From NCBI GenBank assembly GCA_000092065.1, contig CP000592.1: 64,000 nucleotides of DNA, one strand, 5' to 3'. This stretch comes from Ostreococcus lucimarinus (lineage: Eukaryota). The position numbers and the translations under genes were made by a program. Below the pieces are notes generated by a model, which was given only the letters and a program-made list of their open reading frames with translations, had not been told where the DNA came from and made no database searches. Positions 1-10,151 of this stretch are shown here, piece after piece (positions within the stretch are counted from its first letter, which is position 1; every line of letters starts with the position of its first letter).

Positions 1-206
1 AACCGCCGGCGGTGGCGCGCGACGCGAAAGACGCGTTGGAAAGTCTTGAACCGGCGTCGAACGAGGACGTCGAAGCGATCACCGAGAATATCGCTGCGAC
101 GAAAATTGCAGACGATTCCGCGACGATTCCGAAGCCGCATACCGTCGCCGGCGGACGCGGCGGCGGCAAGAAGAAGAATAAGAAAAAAAGTGGAGGTCGC
201 AAGTGA
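1..206 (+). CDS. 3' end of a gene that begins upstream of the window; the reading frame is open from base 3 and the C-terminus is a Lys-rich tail (...GGRGGGKKKNKKKSGGRK*)
   Basis: The frame is open from the window edge to a stop at 204-206 and the first ATG-like codon is GTG. Composition is coding-like. No domain was recognised. Confidence 0.25.
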   Translation, partial: PPAVARDAKDALESLEPASNEDVEAITENIAATKIADDSATIPKPHTVAGGRGGGKKKNKKKSGGRK

Positions 207-369
207 CTCGTGCGCTAATCTTGCTCCGTTGGAATACTACAAACCGTGTCGATGTAAGGCGGCCGTTTGCGCGTCAGAGGGCGTGATGGTGCGACGCGCC
301 CTGCGAACTAATCTCTACCCGCTAATTCCATTCGTCTGTGCCTCTCGCGTGCTTCGAGGACTCTCGAAT

Positions 370-1392
370 TTATTTACGTTGTCGCAAAACGTCAAAGTAA
401 GGATGGCTCTGCGCCTCCTTCGCCGTGATGCGCTCTTGGTGATCGTAGCGCAACAGCTTATCGAGGAAATCGATCGCGTCCGTGCTCACCAGGTGTTGGT
501 TTTCCGCCGTGACGTACTTGTTCCACGGCTTGCGCGAGTGTCGCCCGATGAGCGTCTCAAAGTTCGGGTCGAGTTCGATGCGGTACTTGTTCAAGTACGC
601 GTATAACTCGTCCGTTCCGAGCACCTTGGCGATGCGCACCAACTGATCGTAGTTGTCGTGACCGGCGAAGAATGGTTCTTTTCGGAAAATCATCCCCGCG
701 AACATGCACCCGAGACTCCACATGTCCAACGAATAGTCATAGTCTTGCAAGTCGACCAACAACTCTGGACCTTTAAAGTACCTCGACGCCACGCGAACGT
801 TGTACTCCTTCCCGGGATGATAAAACTCCGCCAGCCCCCAATCGATCAAACGCAGCTCTCGCTTAGAGTGATCAATCATCACGTTGTGCGGCTTGACGTC
901 TCGATGCATGATGCCCTGCGAGTGACAAAAATCCAACGCCTTGAGCAATTCGTTGATGTAATACCGAATATCGTAATCCGTCAGCGTCGGATACAACGCT
1001 TTAAAATCTGTATTATTCACGTATTCAAACACCAAACTCGGCGTTTTCGTCGACGGTTCTCGCACGACGTCCAACAGTTTGATCACGTTGACGCCGCCCG
1101 CCAGATTTTGCAAAATTTTAATCTCCCGCTTGATCTTCTTCTTCTTCACCGGTTTCAAAATCTTGATCACGCACTTCTCCCCGCTCTCCGTCCGTCGTCC
1201 CTCGAACACCTCGCTGTATTTCCCGCGCCCCACCTTTCGCACGACCTCGTACTCGTCCTGTTCGCCCCACTGCACGCTCAGCGCCTCGTAGTCCCAGTAC
1301 TCGCGCGCCTTTTCATCATTCGCCTCGGCGTACACGCGCGCCCGCGACGCCACCGCGTCGCGCCGGATCGCCTTACCGATCCTCGACGACAT
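370..1392 (-). CDS. Casein kinase II catalytic subunit alpha (CK2 alpha)
   Basis: The 340-aa ORF carries CK2-alpha hallmarks: [11 protein letters not shown] glycine loop, the basic cluster [24 protein letters not shown] catalytic loop, [10 protein letters not shown], and [23 protein letters not shown]. Confidence 0.92.
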   Translation of the reverse strand: MSSRIGKAIRRDAVASRARVYAEANDEKAREYWDYEALSVQWGEQDEYEVVRKVGRGKYSEVFEGRRTESGEKCVIKILKPVKKKKIKREIKILQNLAGGVNVIKLLDVVREPSTKTPSLVFEYVNNTDFKALYPTLTDYDIRYYINELLKALDFCHSQGIMHRDVKPHNVMIDHSKRELRLIDWGLAEFYHPGKEYNVRVASRYFKGPELLVDLQDYDYSLDMWSLGCMFAGMIFRKEPFFAGHDNYDQLVRIAKVLGTDELYAYLNKYRIELDPNFETLIGRHSRKPWNKYVTAENQHLVSTDAIDFLDKLLRYDHQERITAKEAQSHPYFDVLRQRK

Positions 1393-1625
1393 CGTCCGTC
1401 GCCTCGCGCGCGCCTCGCCGCGCCGCGCGTCTTCTGCGCGCGCGACGCGTCAGAGATCGTCGATCGCCGCGTAGGTTTGGAATCGGCGTCTGGAGCGCGA
1501 TTCGCGCCGCGCTCGACCTCGCGCGTCGCGCGCGACCGCCGCGGCGTCGCGACGCGATATCGACGCGCCTCCGCGACGCCTCCGCGACGCGCTGTCGACG
1601 CGCGCGACGGACGACGCGTCGATGA

Positions 1626-3242
1626 GTGCGGCGATCGACGCGCGCGGCGTCGACAGACGACGACGCGCGAGGCGCGTCTCGCGGCGCGGCGCGCATGGCG
1701 GACGCGGCGACGCGCGCGGGCGCGTCGGCGAGCGCGTCGGCGAGCGCGAGCGCGCGCGACGCGCGAGCGCGCGACGGCGGCGCGCTGCGATGCGAGTTTC
1801 GAGTGATGCGACTGCGCGCGCCGGCGTACGAACACGCGGGCGCGCGCGAGGGACGCGCGATCGACGACGGAGACGACGGTGACGACGCGCGCGCGACGCG
1901 CGGCGCGCGAGCGAGCGGCGCGGACGCGGACGCGGACGCGGGACGGAACGACGACGACGACGCGCGGCGACGACGCGAACGCGAGACGACGAGCGGCGAG
2001 CTGACGCTGCCGCAATCGTTCGGCGCCGTCGCGCTGGGCGAACGGTTTAGCTCGTTCGTGACGTTTGGGAATTTTTCAGAGCCGACGAGCGGGGCGAGCG
2101 GGACGGCGCGGGAGATCGGGATCAAGGTGGAGCTGCAGACGGAGACGCGGCGAACGACGCTGCGAGACGGGACGAAGACGCCGATTGAGACGCTGCGACC
2201 GGGGGAGAAGGTGGATTTGATCGTCACGAAGGATTTGAAAGAGCTCGGCGCGCACACGCTGGTGTGCTCGGCGACGTATTACGACGCCGCGGGGGAGCGG
2301 AAGTATTCGCCGCAGTATTTCAAGTTCAACGTGGCGAATCCGCTGAGCGTGCGAACGAAGGTTCGCGCGGCGCCGCGCGGGCGCGCGTTTCTCGAGGTGT
2401 GCATCGAAAATACGACGAGGTATGCGTTGTTGCTCGATAGCGCGCGCTTCGATACGGTGGATGGGATCTTGGCGAAGGACATGACGCCAGAATTCGGCGG
2501 CGCCGCGGCGACGCTCCACGGCGTCGACGACTCCCCGGACGCCGGTTTACCTTCGCTCGGTAAGCGCGCGGTGTATCGCCTCGATCCATCGACCGGGGCT
2601 GCGCACTATCTTTTCGAAATCACGCGCGCGAACGCGAGCGAGGAACCGCTGACGCCGCAGACACAGCTCGGAAAACTCGAGCTCCGCTGGCGCGGCGCCA
2701 TGGGCGATCCCGGCCGGTTGCAGACGCAAGTCATCACCGCCGGCAGCGCGGGATCGACCGCTCCCTCCCCGGTCGCGGCGAAGATGCGTCAGTCGATCAT
2801 CGTCCACCCACGACCGCCCGACGCCGAGGACGTGAGCACGGTGTACGCGGAAACGCCGTTCATCCTGCGCGCCGCCGTCGAGGCCCTCGCGCCCATCAAA
2901 GCCGACGCCTGCGTCGTCCGCGTCAAAGATGTCGTCTCCGGCGTCTACATCGACGGTCCGCGCGCGGTGCGCGTCGGCGCTTTATCCCCTGGACAAACCG
3001 TCAACGTCGACATTCCGTGCGTCGCGCTCGGCTTGGGCGTCCAAACGTGCCCGTCCCTCGTCCTCTGCGACGCCGTCGACGACGCCGCGCGCGCGGCGCC
3101 CGCGCCGTTGGAAGTCTTCTCCGTCATCCCGCCCCCGTCCGTCGTCCTCGACGCGCTCAAACGCGTCGAAACCATCGACGTCGCGTCGCCGCCCGTCGAC
3201 GTCGCGCCGTCGCTCGACGCACCGATCGACTCGCTTTTGTAA
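1626..3242 (+). CDS. TRAPPC13: TRAPPC13-like protein (DUF974 family), carrying an Asp/Gly/Arg-rich low-complexity insertion
   Basis: GELTLPQSFGAVALGERFSSF, HTLVCSATYYDAAGERKYSPQYFKFNVANPLSVRTK and GRLQTQ align with conserved blocks of metazoan TRAPPC13. The exact start is uncertain; other in-frame Met codons sit near 1695. Confidence 0.6.
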   Translation: MRRSTRAASTDDDARGASRGAARMADAATRAGASASASASASARDARARDGGALRCEFRVMRLRAPAYEHAGAREGRAIDDGDDGDDARATRGARASGADADADAGRNDDDDARRRRERETTSGELTLPQSFGAVALGERFSSFVTFGNFSEPTSGASGTAREIGIKVELQTETRRTTLRDGTKTPIETLRPGEKVDLIVTKDLKELGAHTLVCSATYYDAAGERKYSPQYFKFNVANPLSVRTKVRAAPRGRAFLEVCIENTTRYALLLDSARFDTVDGILAKDMTPEFGGAAATLHGVDDSPDAGLPSLGKRAVYRLDPSTGAAHYLFEITRANASEEPLTPQTQLGKLELRWRGAMGDPGRLQTQVITAGSAGSTAPSPVAAKMRQSIIVHPRPPDAEDVSTVYAETPFILRAAVEALAPIKADACVVRVKDVVSGVYIDGPRAVRVGALSPGQTVNVDIPCVALGLGVQTCPSLVLCDAVDDAARAAPAPLEVFSVIPPPSVVLDALKRVETIDVASPPVDVAPSLDAPIDSLL

Positions 3243-3288
3243 AATACGCCGCCGCCTCGCCGCCGCCGCACACATCGTCGCGCCGCGC

Positions 3289-4197
3289 ATGCTCTGCGCG
3301 CGTTCGCCCGCGAGCGTCCCCCGCGTCGTCTCCCGCGCCTTCTCCGCGCCCCGTCGCGCGTCGACGCGCGACGCGCGACGCTCCAGCGCGCGTTTCCTCG
3401 CGCGCGCGTCCGCCGTTCCCCCGGCGCGCGAACGCGTCGCGTCGCTCGAATCTCGCGCGACGACGCGCGCGATGGCGCCGCGCGCGCCCGCGAGATCGCG
3501 ATCGCGATCGTCCGCGCGCGCGAGGGCGTCGAGCGGCGGCGCGGACGACGCGGCGGCGCGGTACGGGTTGGCGAACGCGGAGCGCGGCGTCGCGCTGCGG
3601 TGGCTCCCGACGTTTTTGACGCTCCTGCGCGTCGCCGCGGTGCCGCTGCTCGCGGCGGTGTATTACAGCGATCTGGCGAACGCGGCGCCGATCGCGGGGA
3701 CGATGTTCATCGGCGCCGCGATCACGGATTGGTTGGACGGATACCTGGCGAGACGGTTGAAGGCGAGCAGCGCGTTCGGCGCGTTTTTGGATCCGGTGGC
3801 CGATAAGCTCATGGTCGCCGCGTCCCTGTGCCTGCTGTGCACGCACGCGCCGCGAGGCGTCGCGGCGTGGGCGGTGGCGGTGCCGTCGATCGTCATCATC
3901 GGACGCGAGATCACCATGAGCGCGCTGCGAGAGTGGTGCGCGGCGAAGGGCGGCGAGGCGCACGCCGCCGTCAAGGTGAATAATCTCGGTAAATACAAGA
4001 CGGCGACGCAAATGGTGGCGCTGAGCGTGTTATTACTCGTCAGAGACGGGTCGGACTTCTTCGCGAACGGGGCGCACGATGCTTTGTTGGTGCGAGGGGG
4101 CGTGTGGTGCCTCTGGATCTCCGCCGCGTTGGCTTTGATTTCGTTGTGGGTCTACATGAGCGGCGTCATCGGAATCATGCTCAAATCCGATGATTAA
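3289..4197 (+). CDS. CDP-diacylglycerol--glycerol-3-phosphate 3-phosphatidyltransferase (PGP synthase, CDP-alcohol phosphatidyltransferase family), with an Arg/Ser/Ala-rich N-terminal presequence suggesting organelle targeting
   Basis: The CDP-OH phosphatidyltransferase motif D-G-x2-A-R-x8-G-x3-D-x3-D is present in ITDWLDGYLARRLKASSAFGAFLDPVADK, with multiple TM helices. The ORF extends upstream in-frame to 2929 and overlaps the TRAPPC13 3' end, so the start was placed at the first ATG after that gene (3289). Confidence 0.7.
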   Translation: MLCARSPASVPRVVSRAFSAPRRASTRDARRSSARFLARASAVPPARERVASLESRATTRAMAPRAPARSRSRSSARARASSGGADDAAARYGLANAERGVALRWLPTFLTLLRVAAVPLLAAVYYSDLANAAPIAGTMFIGAAITDWLDGYLARRLKASSAFGAFLDPVADKLMVAASLCLLCTHAPRGVAAWAVAVPSIVIIGREITMSALREWCAAKGGEAHAAVKVNNLGKYKTATQMVALSVLLLVRDGSDFFANGAHDALLVRGGVWCLWISAALALISLWVYMSGVIGIMLKSDD

Positions 4198-4313
4198 TCG
4201 TTCGTCGGTCTGTGTGTTATGTATGCTCTATGCTATGGTAGCGCGTGTGAATATGTTTTGCTCTTGTGATGATGCATGTTGTCTTGCGTTACGCGCTCTC
4301 GACGCGTCGCGCA

Positions 4314-6329
4314 TCACCCTTGTTCCATTTTCTGCGAGAGAATCTTGAAGCGTTCTTCGGCGGCGACTCTTTCGCGCAACTCTTTCGCGCCTTGACGATC
4401 GGGGTGGAAGCGCAACAACGCTTTCCTGTACGCGCTACGTAGTTGCTTCGCGTTCGCGTGCGCGCCACCTTCGACCGCGACGCCGAAACACTCGAGAGTC
4501 TCCGCCAAATTTAACGAAGCCACCTTCGTCTCCCATTCTCGTCTAAATTCTTCCCTAATTGAGTCGGTGCTTTGCTCTTCTTCGTGTCGACTCTCCCGCG
4601 CTTCCCGAAACGTCGCGACTCTACTTTCAGCGGCTTTGATCAAATCTTCAGCCGCCTTTGCTTTTTGCTCTTCTCGCCGCCGGCGTTGCGCTTGCGATTG
4701 CTCCTCTTGCTCCGCAGCCTTGATAAGCGCTTGTGCGTCGATTTCCTCCCGCCGCCGCGCAAGAATCGCGCCAACGGCATCGCTGACGATCCATTTCTTA
4801 CTCACGAGCATGTTGAACACTTCTTGTAGCAAAACAGGCTCCCCCAAGCCGCGCGAGTGCGCCGCGTCGTCTTCCAACACCGCCCCGAGAGCGTTGCAGA
4901 GCAGATTGGCGCGCTCGGAACCGTTTTCAGCCAGCTTGAACGCGGTTTGCGCGCTCTTTAACGCTACTCCATGCGCAATCGCAATGGCCGATATCAATTC
5001 CGCGTTTGAATCGTCCAAGAACTCTGTTTCCTCTTCTCTCGCAGACGTCGGCGCCGCCGCCGCCTGCGACTGCGTGCCCCGGGCGAACGACACTAAATCG
5101 TCGATGGATGAGTTCGACCCCGTTGCGAGCGGCGATTTCGGAAGCTTTTCTAGCGGCGACTTGCCCTTGTCTGCGCGCATACTCGACATGGTCGGCTCTT
5201 TTCGCGAGTGCGTGTACGTGTACGGAGGCGGTGTCGGCGGCGCACCGTCGAAGTCTGGTTCGGAGCACGGTTTCAGCGTTCCCGGACACAGCATCAAATC
5301 TACCCACATGTCAGATCCTTCCTCGGCGAAAATAACGCGAGCCGAATTTCTCCCACAGTAGTACTCCCCACGAACTAATCGACACGGCACGCCCGCGCTC
5401 GCCGCTAAAGTTTTGAACAAAATCGCTCGATGGCGTTCGACTCCCTTGGATAAATGCCCGACATGCAGACAACATCCCGACTGACTGCTCGCGTTCAACA
5501 GCTGCTCGCGATCCTCCGCCGTCGCGAGCACAAGGGTTGGATCGTCGATGGTCTTCACGGACCCGCCCAAACGATCGCTCACCAATCTGGCCAGCGCAGC
5601 GCACCGGGCCCGTACGTTCGGCACCTGCGAGCACGTCTCCCGCGCCAACTCGTCGAGCGCGTTCAAAAACATATCCGTGCGCCTGTCCACGACGAAAACT
5701 TCCTCCGTCGCCGTGACCGGTGGCCTCTTGAGCAGATCTCCGAGCGCGGGCAATTGTCCATCCACTGAACTCTCGAACGCGTCGCCCCAGACGTCGTAAA
5801 ACCCGTCGCACGTCTCATCCAAGACTTCGTCCGCGTCGAGCGCTTGCGAGATCCAAAACTTTGACGCCAAGCTTTGCCCCTTACCCCGTCCTTTTCCCGC
5901 GGCATCCGCGGCATCAAATTCCAGCTCCACCGCCAGCACATCCGCGCTCGTCTCTTTCGTGCTCGCCTCGAGCGCGAACTGCATTTCGCGCGCGTCGAAG
6001 CCATCCGTTCGCGCGCGCGCCGAAGCCGTCGCGCGCGCAGCCGTCCCGCCCGCGTCCAGCGCGTCCACTTGGTACATCGCCGACGCCGCCTCGTCCGTCG
6101 ACATCGGCGGCGCCGCGCGCATCGCGTTGACGGTAAACGGCGCGCCCGCGCCATCGCCGCGCTCTTTTCGTCGTTTCAGTCGCGCTGCGTCGCGACGTTT
6201 GCGATTGATTACGTCAGTCCTCTGGTGGTTAAAAGTTGACCGAACGCGCGTCGTCGCGTCGTCGCGCGCGTCGAGCGCGCGTCGAGCGCGTCGAGCGCTC
6301 CGAGACGTACACTTTATCGATTTGAGCAT
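4314..6329 (-). CDS. Protein with an EDR1/CTR1 N-terminal-type domain and a C-terminal DnaJ (J) domain; no kinase domain
   Basis: The central block FWISQALDADEVLDETCDGFYDVWG ... GHLSKGVERHRAILFKTLAASAGVPCRLVRGEYYCGRNSARVIFAEEGSDMWVDLMLCPGTLKP matches the EDR1 domain found N-terminal to plant CTR1/EDR1 kinases. The C-terminus LRSAYRKALLRFHPDRQGAKELRERVAAEERFKIL is a J-domain with the HPD motif. Confidence 0.6.
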   Translation of the reverse strand: MLKSIKCTSRSARRARRALDARDDATTRVRSTFNHQRTDVINRKRRDAARLKRRKERGDGAGAPFTVNAMRAAPPMSTDEAASAMYQVDALDAGGTAARATASARARTDGFDAREMQFALEASTKETSADVLAVELEFDAADAAGKGRGKGQSLASKFWISQALDADEVLDETCDGFYDVWGDAFESSVDGQLPALGDLLKRPPVTATEEVFVVDRRTDMFLNALDELARETCSQVPNVRARCAALARLVSDRLGGSVKTIDDPTLVLATAEDREQLLNASSQSGCCLHVGHLSKGVERHRAILFKTLAASAGVPCRLVRGEYYCGRNSARVIFAEEGSDMWVDLMLCPGTLKPCSEPDFDGAPPTPPPYTYTHSRKEPTMSSMRADKGKSPLEKLPKSPLATGSNSSIDDLVSFARGTQSQAAAAPTSAREEETEFLDDSNAELISAIAIAHGVALKSAQTAFKLAENGSERANLLCNALGAVLEDDAAHSRGLGEPVLLQEVFNMLVSKKWIVSDAVGAILARRREEIDAQALIKAAEQEEQSQAQRRRREEQKAKAAEDLIKAAESRVATFREARESRHEEEQSTDSIREEFRREWETKVASLNLAETLECFGVAVEGGAHANAKQLRSAYRKALLRFHPDRQGAKELRERVAAEERFKILSQKMEQG

Positions 6330-6464
6330 GCCGCGCGACGCGCGAGACGCGCGCGCGTGTGCGGGAGTCGGGAGAACGCGTCGGGACCGGAGCGGGACGC
6401 GCGAGCGCGTTTTACGCGTTACATGCGTCGCGCGCGCGACGTCGAAATTTGCGGGCGCTAGTTG

Positions 6465-6479
6465 CTAGATTAAAGACGA

Positions 6480-6518
<39 letters not shown>

Positions 6519-7184
6519 GGGCGCCGGCGTCGGCGCGCCGCCCGCGCTCGCCGACGACTTGGCCACGCACAACCACCCCAGAAACACGTACATCAACATC
6601 ACCGGATACACCGCCAGCGCCCTTCTCGACGCCGGCATCGCCGCGCTCACGAACGGCACGCTCGCTTTACTGCTCCACGTCACCGCCGCCGCGACGACGA
6701 TGAATCTGTACACCTTATTCTCGCTCGCCAGGCACAGCGCGCTCGCCAGGCACAGCGGCACCACGCAGTACCCCAACAGCGCCACGCTCTGCAAGAATAT
6801 GATCTTCCCGCCCAGCAACAGCACGTTCGCCGTCAGCGCCACCGCGCCGAGCCCGACCGTCGCGAAGACGACGCTGAACGTCTCGCTCGCGTTCGCCGCG
6901 CCGCCGCTCAGCGTCGCGCTCAGCGTCAGCACGAACGCCAGCGGTCCCCACAGGTCCCACTCTCGCAGCCGCGTCGCGCCGTTCGCCCCCCAGTTCATCG
7001 GCAGCAGCACCGCCGCGCAGTTTCGCCGCACCACGGCGCAATCGCGCCTGACGGTGGCCCAAATCGTTTCATCCAGCGTCCCGAACGCGAGATCGCTCGT
7101 CTCGCTCGCGCCCACGCGCGCGCGCTCGATCTCGTGCTCGCGCGACGCGAACAGCGGCACCGCGTCGCCGAGCGCGCCGTTCAT
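6465..7184 (-). CDS. YIPF6: Yip1-domain protein (YIPF6-like), ending in a (Thr-Pro)n tail
   Basis: LREWDLWGPL..., LLGGKIIFLQSVALLGYCVVPL and RRALAVYPVMLMYVFLGWL match YIPF6 conserved blocks, with 5 TM segments. The C-terminal PTPTPTPTPTP is encoded by a hexanucleotide repeat. Confidence 0.7.
6483..6540. repeat. (GGCGTC)n hexanucleotide microsatellite lying inside the 3' coding end of the Yip1 gene, where it encodes (TP)n
   Basis: Direct tandem repeat gcgtcggcgtcggcgtcggcgtcggcgtcggcg visible in the sequence. Confidence 0.7.
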
Positions 7185-7327
7185 CGCGCGGCGCGAGTCC
7201 GCGCGCGCGCGATGCGCGGTCGCGATGTGACGCGACGGCCGATGATGCCCTAACGCGCGTCACATCGCGACCGCGCCTCGCGCGCGCGTCCGCGGCGCGT
7301 CGCGGCGACGCGATTCGACGCGCGCGA

Positions 7328-9028
7328 ATGTTCGCGACCGCGCGCGCGCCCGGCGCGGCGGCCGGCGCGGCGACGCGCGCGACGCGACGGGGAAATCAAC
7401 GCGAGGGCGCGACGACGCGCGCGGCGACGACGACGACGCGACGCGCGATGCGCGTGCGCGCGCGCGCGGCGTGCAAACTGACCACGTCCGTCATCGCGCC
7501 GAACCTGGAGCTCGCGCTGCGGGACGTGGACGACGCCGTGAGGAAGGGCGCGGACGTCGTGGAGCTCAGGGTGGATTTCTTGCGCGACGACGCGGCGCGC
7601 GGGACGCTGGGCGACGCGATCGAAGCGCTGATTAAAGCGTCGCCGGTGCCGGTGATCGTGACGAATCGACCGACTTGGGAGGGAGGGCAAGATGATGGGG
7701 ACGAGAGCGCGCGGTTGGAGGCGCTTTGGAGGGCGCACGAGTGCGGGGCGGCGTACGTGGATTGCGAGGCGCTCGCGGCGGAGCGATTCTTCGCGGCGAA
7801 ACCGGCGACGGCGACGCTGAGGAATGGGAAGACTAAGATCATTTTGAGCTCGCATAATTACGATGAGACGCCGAACGATGAGATTTTGGCGGAGATTCAC
7901 GCGAAGTGCGTGCGCTTGGGGGCGGATATCGTCAAGATGGCGTCGGTGTGTAACGCGGTGGAGGACGTGGCGCGATTGGAGAAGCTCTTGCGCACGAAGG
8001 GAAGGGAGATCGAGACGATCGTTTTGGGCATGAGCGAGCACGGACAAGTGTCTCGATTGCTCGCGGCGAAGTTTGGAAGCTTTTTGACGTTCGGGGCGAT
8101 TCGAAGAGGGGAAGAGAGCGCACCGGGGCAGCCGTTGCTCGAAGAGCTGCGAGATTTGTATCGCGTGCCGACGCAGACGGCGGCGACAAAGGTGATGGGC
8201 GTGATCGGGAACCCGATCGGACACAGTAAGTCACCGGCGTTACACAATCCTTGTCTCGCCGCCGCGGGCGTGGATGCGTGCTACGTCCCGTTACTCGTCA
8301 AGGATATCAAAACCTTTCTCGCGTCGCCGCTCTTCGGGTCGAAGGACTTTGTGGGGTTTAGCGTGACGATTCCGCATAAGGAAGACGCCTTGGAGTGCTG
8401 CGCCGAGGTCGACCCCGTGGCGAAGCAAATCGGCGCGGTGAACACGTTGGTTCGTCAACCGGATGGATCGTTAAAGGGTTACAACACCGATTATGTCGCC
8501 GCGATCGAGGCTATCGAAAACGCGATGGAGAAGAAAACGGGCGTCGCCGCCGCGAAGTCCTTGGCTGGGAAAACAGTCGTCGTCATCGGCGCCGGCGGTG
8601 CGGGCAAGGCTTTGGCGTTCGGCGCTAAGTTTAAGGGCGCCAACGTCGTCATCGCCAATCGCAGCGTCGAGCGCGCACAGGCGCTCGCTGACGCGTGCGG
8701 CGGCGTCGCGGTGTCGCTCGAAGATTTAGCGAGCGGTAGCGTCGTCGGCGACGTCTTGGCCAATAGCACCTCGGTCGGGATGCAACCGAACGTTGAAGAC
8801 ACGCCGACGCCAGCGTCTGTACTCGGAGGGTTTTCCGTCGTCTTCGACGCGGTGTACACCCCGCTCGAGACGCGGCTCTTGCGCGAAGCCAAGGCGAGTG
8901 GGTGCGAAATCGCGAGCGGGCTGGACATGTTCGTCGGGCAAGCGGCGAGGCAGTTCGAGCTCTTCACCGGGAAAGAGGCCGAGGTTGAGCTCATGCGCGA
9001 CGCCGTGTTGTCGAGCATAAAAAGGTAA
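7328..9028 (+). CDS. Bifunctional 3-dehydroquinate dehydratase / shikimate dehydrogenase (plant-type DHQ-SDH) with a plastid-like transit peptide
   Basis: The N-terminal half is a type I DHQase (VVELRVDFL, AAYVDCE, KIILSSHNYDETP, KMASV). The C-terminal half is a shikimate dehydrogenase (GVIGNPIGHSKSPALHN, GAVNTL, NTDYVAAIEA, VVVIGAGGAGKALAFGA, ANRSVERAQALA). The N-terminus is Ala/Arg/Thr-rich. Confidence 0.88.
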   Translation: MFATARAPGAAAGAATRATRRGNQREGATTRAATTTTRRAMRVRARAACKLTTSVIAPNLELALRDVDDAVRKGADVVELRVDFLRDDAARGTLGDAIEALIKASPVPVIVTNRPTWEGGQDDGDESARLEALWRAHECGAAYVDCEALAAERFFAAKPATATLRNGKTKIILSSHNYDETPNDEILAEIHAKCVRLGADIVKMASVCNAVEDVARLEKLLRTKGREIETIVLGMSEHGQVSRLLAAKFGSFLTFGAIRRGEESAPGQPLLEELRDLYRVPTQTAATKVMGVIGNPIGHSKSPALHNPCLAAAGVDACYVPLLVKDIKTFLASPLFGSKDFVGFSVTIPHKEDALECCAEVDPVAKQIGAVNTLVRQPDGSLKGYNTDYVAAIEAIENAMEKKTGVAAAKSLAGKTVVVIGAGGAGKALAFGAKFKGANVVIANRSVERAQALADACGGVAVSLEDLASGSVVGDVLANSTSVGMQPNVEDTPTPASVLGGFSVVFDAVYTPLETRLLREAKASGCEIASGLDMFVGQAARQFELFTGKEAEVELMRDAVLSSIKR

Positions 9029-9107
9029 GCGTGTAGCGGCGTTGTTGGATACAAAATGCGATAATAATATTCTTACAACGAGACATTGTACAGCGCGCTC
9101 GTTCGTC

Positions 9108-9929
9108 TTACGCCGCGAGTTCGAGCGCTTCGAGCGCCTTGGCCGCGAGCGCAGCCTTTTGCGCCTCTTTCGCCGCGTGCTCCTCTTCGCGTCGACGCAA
9201 GCGCGCCGCCGCCTTCGCCGCTTCCTTCTCCTGTTTTTTCTGCTTGCTCTCCGCCCGCTTCGCGCTCTTCGGACCGAGCTTGCCCGGCGACGTCGACCGC
9301 GCCGAGACGCGTCGTCCATCGTCCCCGACCGCCCTCGGCGCCGACGCCGGCGACGCCGACGCCTCCCCGTCGTGTTTCGGCGGTTTCTTCTTCGCCGCCG
9401 CCGTCGCCGCCGGCTCTTTCCCTCGCCCGCTCGCCGTCGGTCGCGCGTAGCTCCTCGAGCCTCCGTTCGACACGAACCCCCCTCGACCAAACTTTCGATT
9501 CCCCAGCACCAGCCTTCGCGCGCGCCCCCGCATCAGCGCCTCCTCCAGCGCATCGCTCCCATCGCTCCCGTCGCTCCCGTCTCGCCCGTCCTCGTCGCCG
9601 TCGTCCCATCCCTCGCCCTCGCGTCCCCTCGTCGCCCACCGCGCGCGCCGCAGCAGGCACAGCGACTCCTCCTGCATCCCCCCGTCCTCGAGCGCGCGTC
9701 CGTCCAGCGCGCGTCGCACCAGCACGCGCTCGCACGACGCCTGGCACAGCGGGCACCGCGTCCGCGCCCCCGCGCGCGTGAACTCGGCCCACTTGGTCAC
9801 GCAGGACGCGCAGAACGCGTGCAGGCACGCCACGACGAGCGCGACGTCGCGCGCGTCCGGGCGCGCGAGGCAGACGGCGCACGTCGGCGACGCGCGCGCG
9901 TCGTCGTCGTCCGGCGCGACGCGCGACAT
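9108..9929 (-). CDS. RING-finger (C3HC4) protein with Lys/Glu-rich C-terminal coiled-coil
   Basis: CAVCLARPDARDVALVVACLHAFCASCVTKWAEFTRAGARTRCPLCQ is a RING signature. The ORF extends upstream to 10664 as antisense of the EamA gene, so the start was set at the Met immediately before the RING (ATG 9929-9927). Confidence 0.5.
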   Translation of the reverse strand: MSRVAPDDDDARASPTCAVCLARPDARDVALVVACLHAFCASCVTKWAEFTRAGARTRCPLCQASCERVLVRRALDGRALEDGGMQEESLCLLRRARWATRGREGEGWDDGDEDGRDGSDGSDGSDALEEALMRGRARRLVLGNRKFGRGGFVSNGGSRSYARPTASGRGKEPAATAAAKKKPPKHDGEASASPASAPRAVGDDGRRVSARSTSPGKLGPKSAKRAESKQKKQEKEAAKAAARLRRREEEHAAKEAQKAALAAKALEALELAA

Positions 9930-10151
9930 GGCGCGCGCGACGTCGCGCGGCGCGACGGCGAGTGCGGCGCGCGTCAACGGATAAGCCGCGCGACGCGACG
10001 CGACAGCGCGACGCGCGACGCGCGCGAACGGCGCGACGACATGCGAGCGACGCGCGCGGGGATTTATCTCTAGCTCTTCGCGGCGCGCGCGCGGCGCGAG
10101 GGCGCGCGCGAGGGCGCGCGCGGGACGGCGGCGGCGGCGGGACGGGACGGG
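9930..10151. promoter_or_regulatory. Putative bidirectional promoter region between the divergent RING (-) and EamA (+) genes
   Basis: A 222-bp head-to-head intergenic gap. Similar short divergent gaps occur at 1393-1625, 7185-7327, 55104-55201 and 58982-59433. Confidence 0.3.

Noticed and set aside
1278-2257. Long Arg/Ala-rich ORFs (245 and 294 aa) on the minus strand overlapping the TRAPPC13 gene
   Set aside because: They are antisense to a gene with clear homology and consist entirely of low-complexity R/A/S codons from (GCG)n-rich DNA, the typical spurious ORF of 70%-GC sequence.
3157-4011. 284-aa minus-strand ORF antisense to the PGP-synthase gene
   Set aside because: It has no domain and Arg-rich low complexity. 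The sense strand carries the conserved CDP-alcohol phosphatidyltransferase motif.
8726-9490. Extremely basic ORF ([12 protein letters not shown]...) on the minus strand
   Set aside because: It overlaps the Lys/Glu-rich C-terminus of the RING-finger gene in another frame. This is a frame-shifted reading of a repetitive coding region, not a separate gene.
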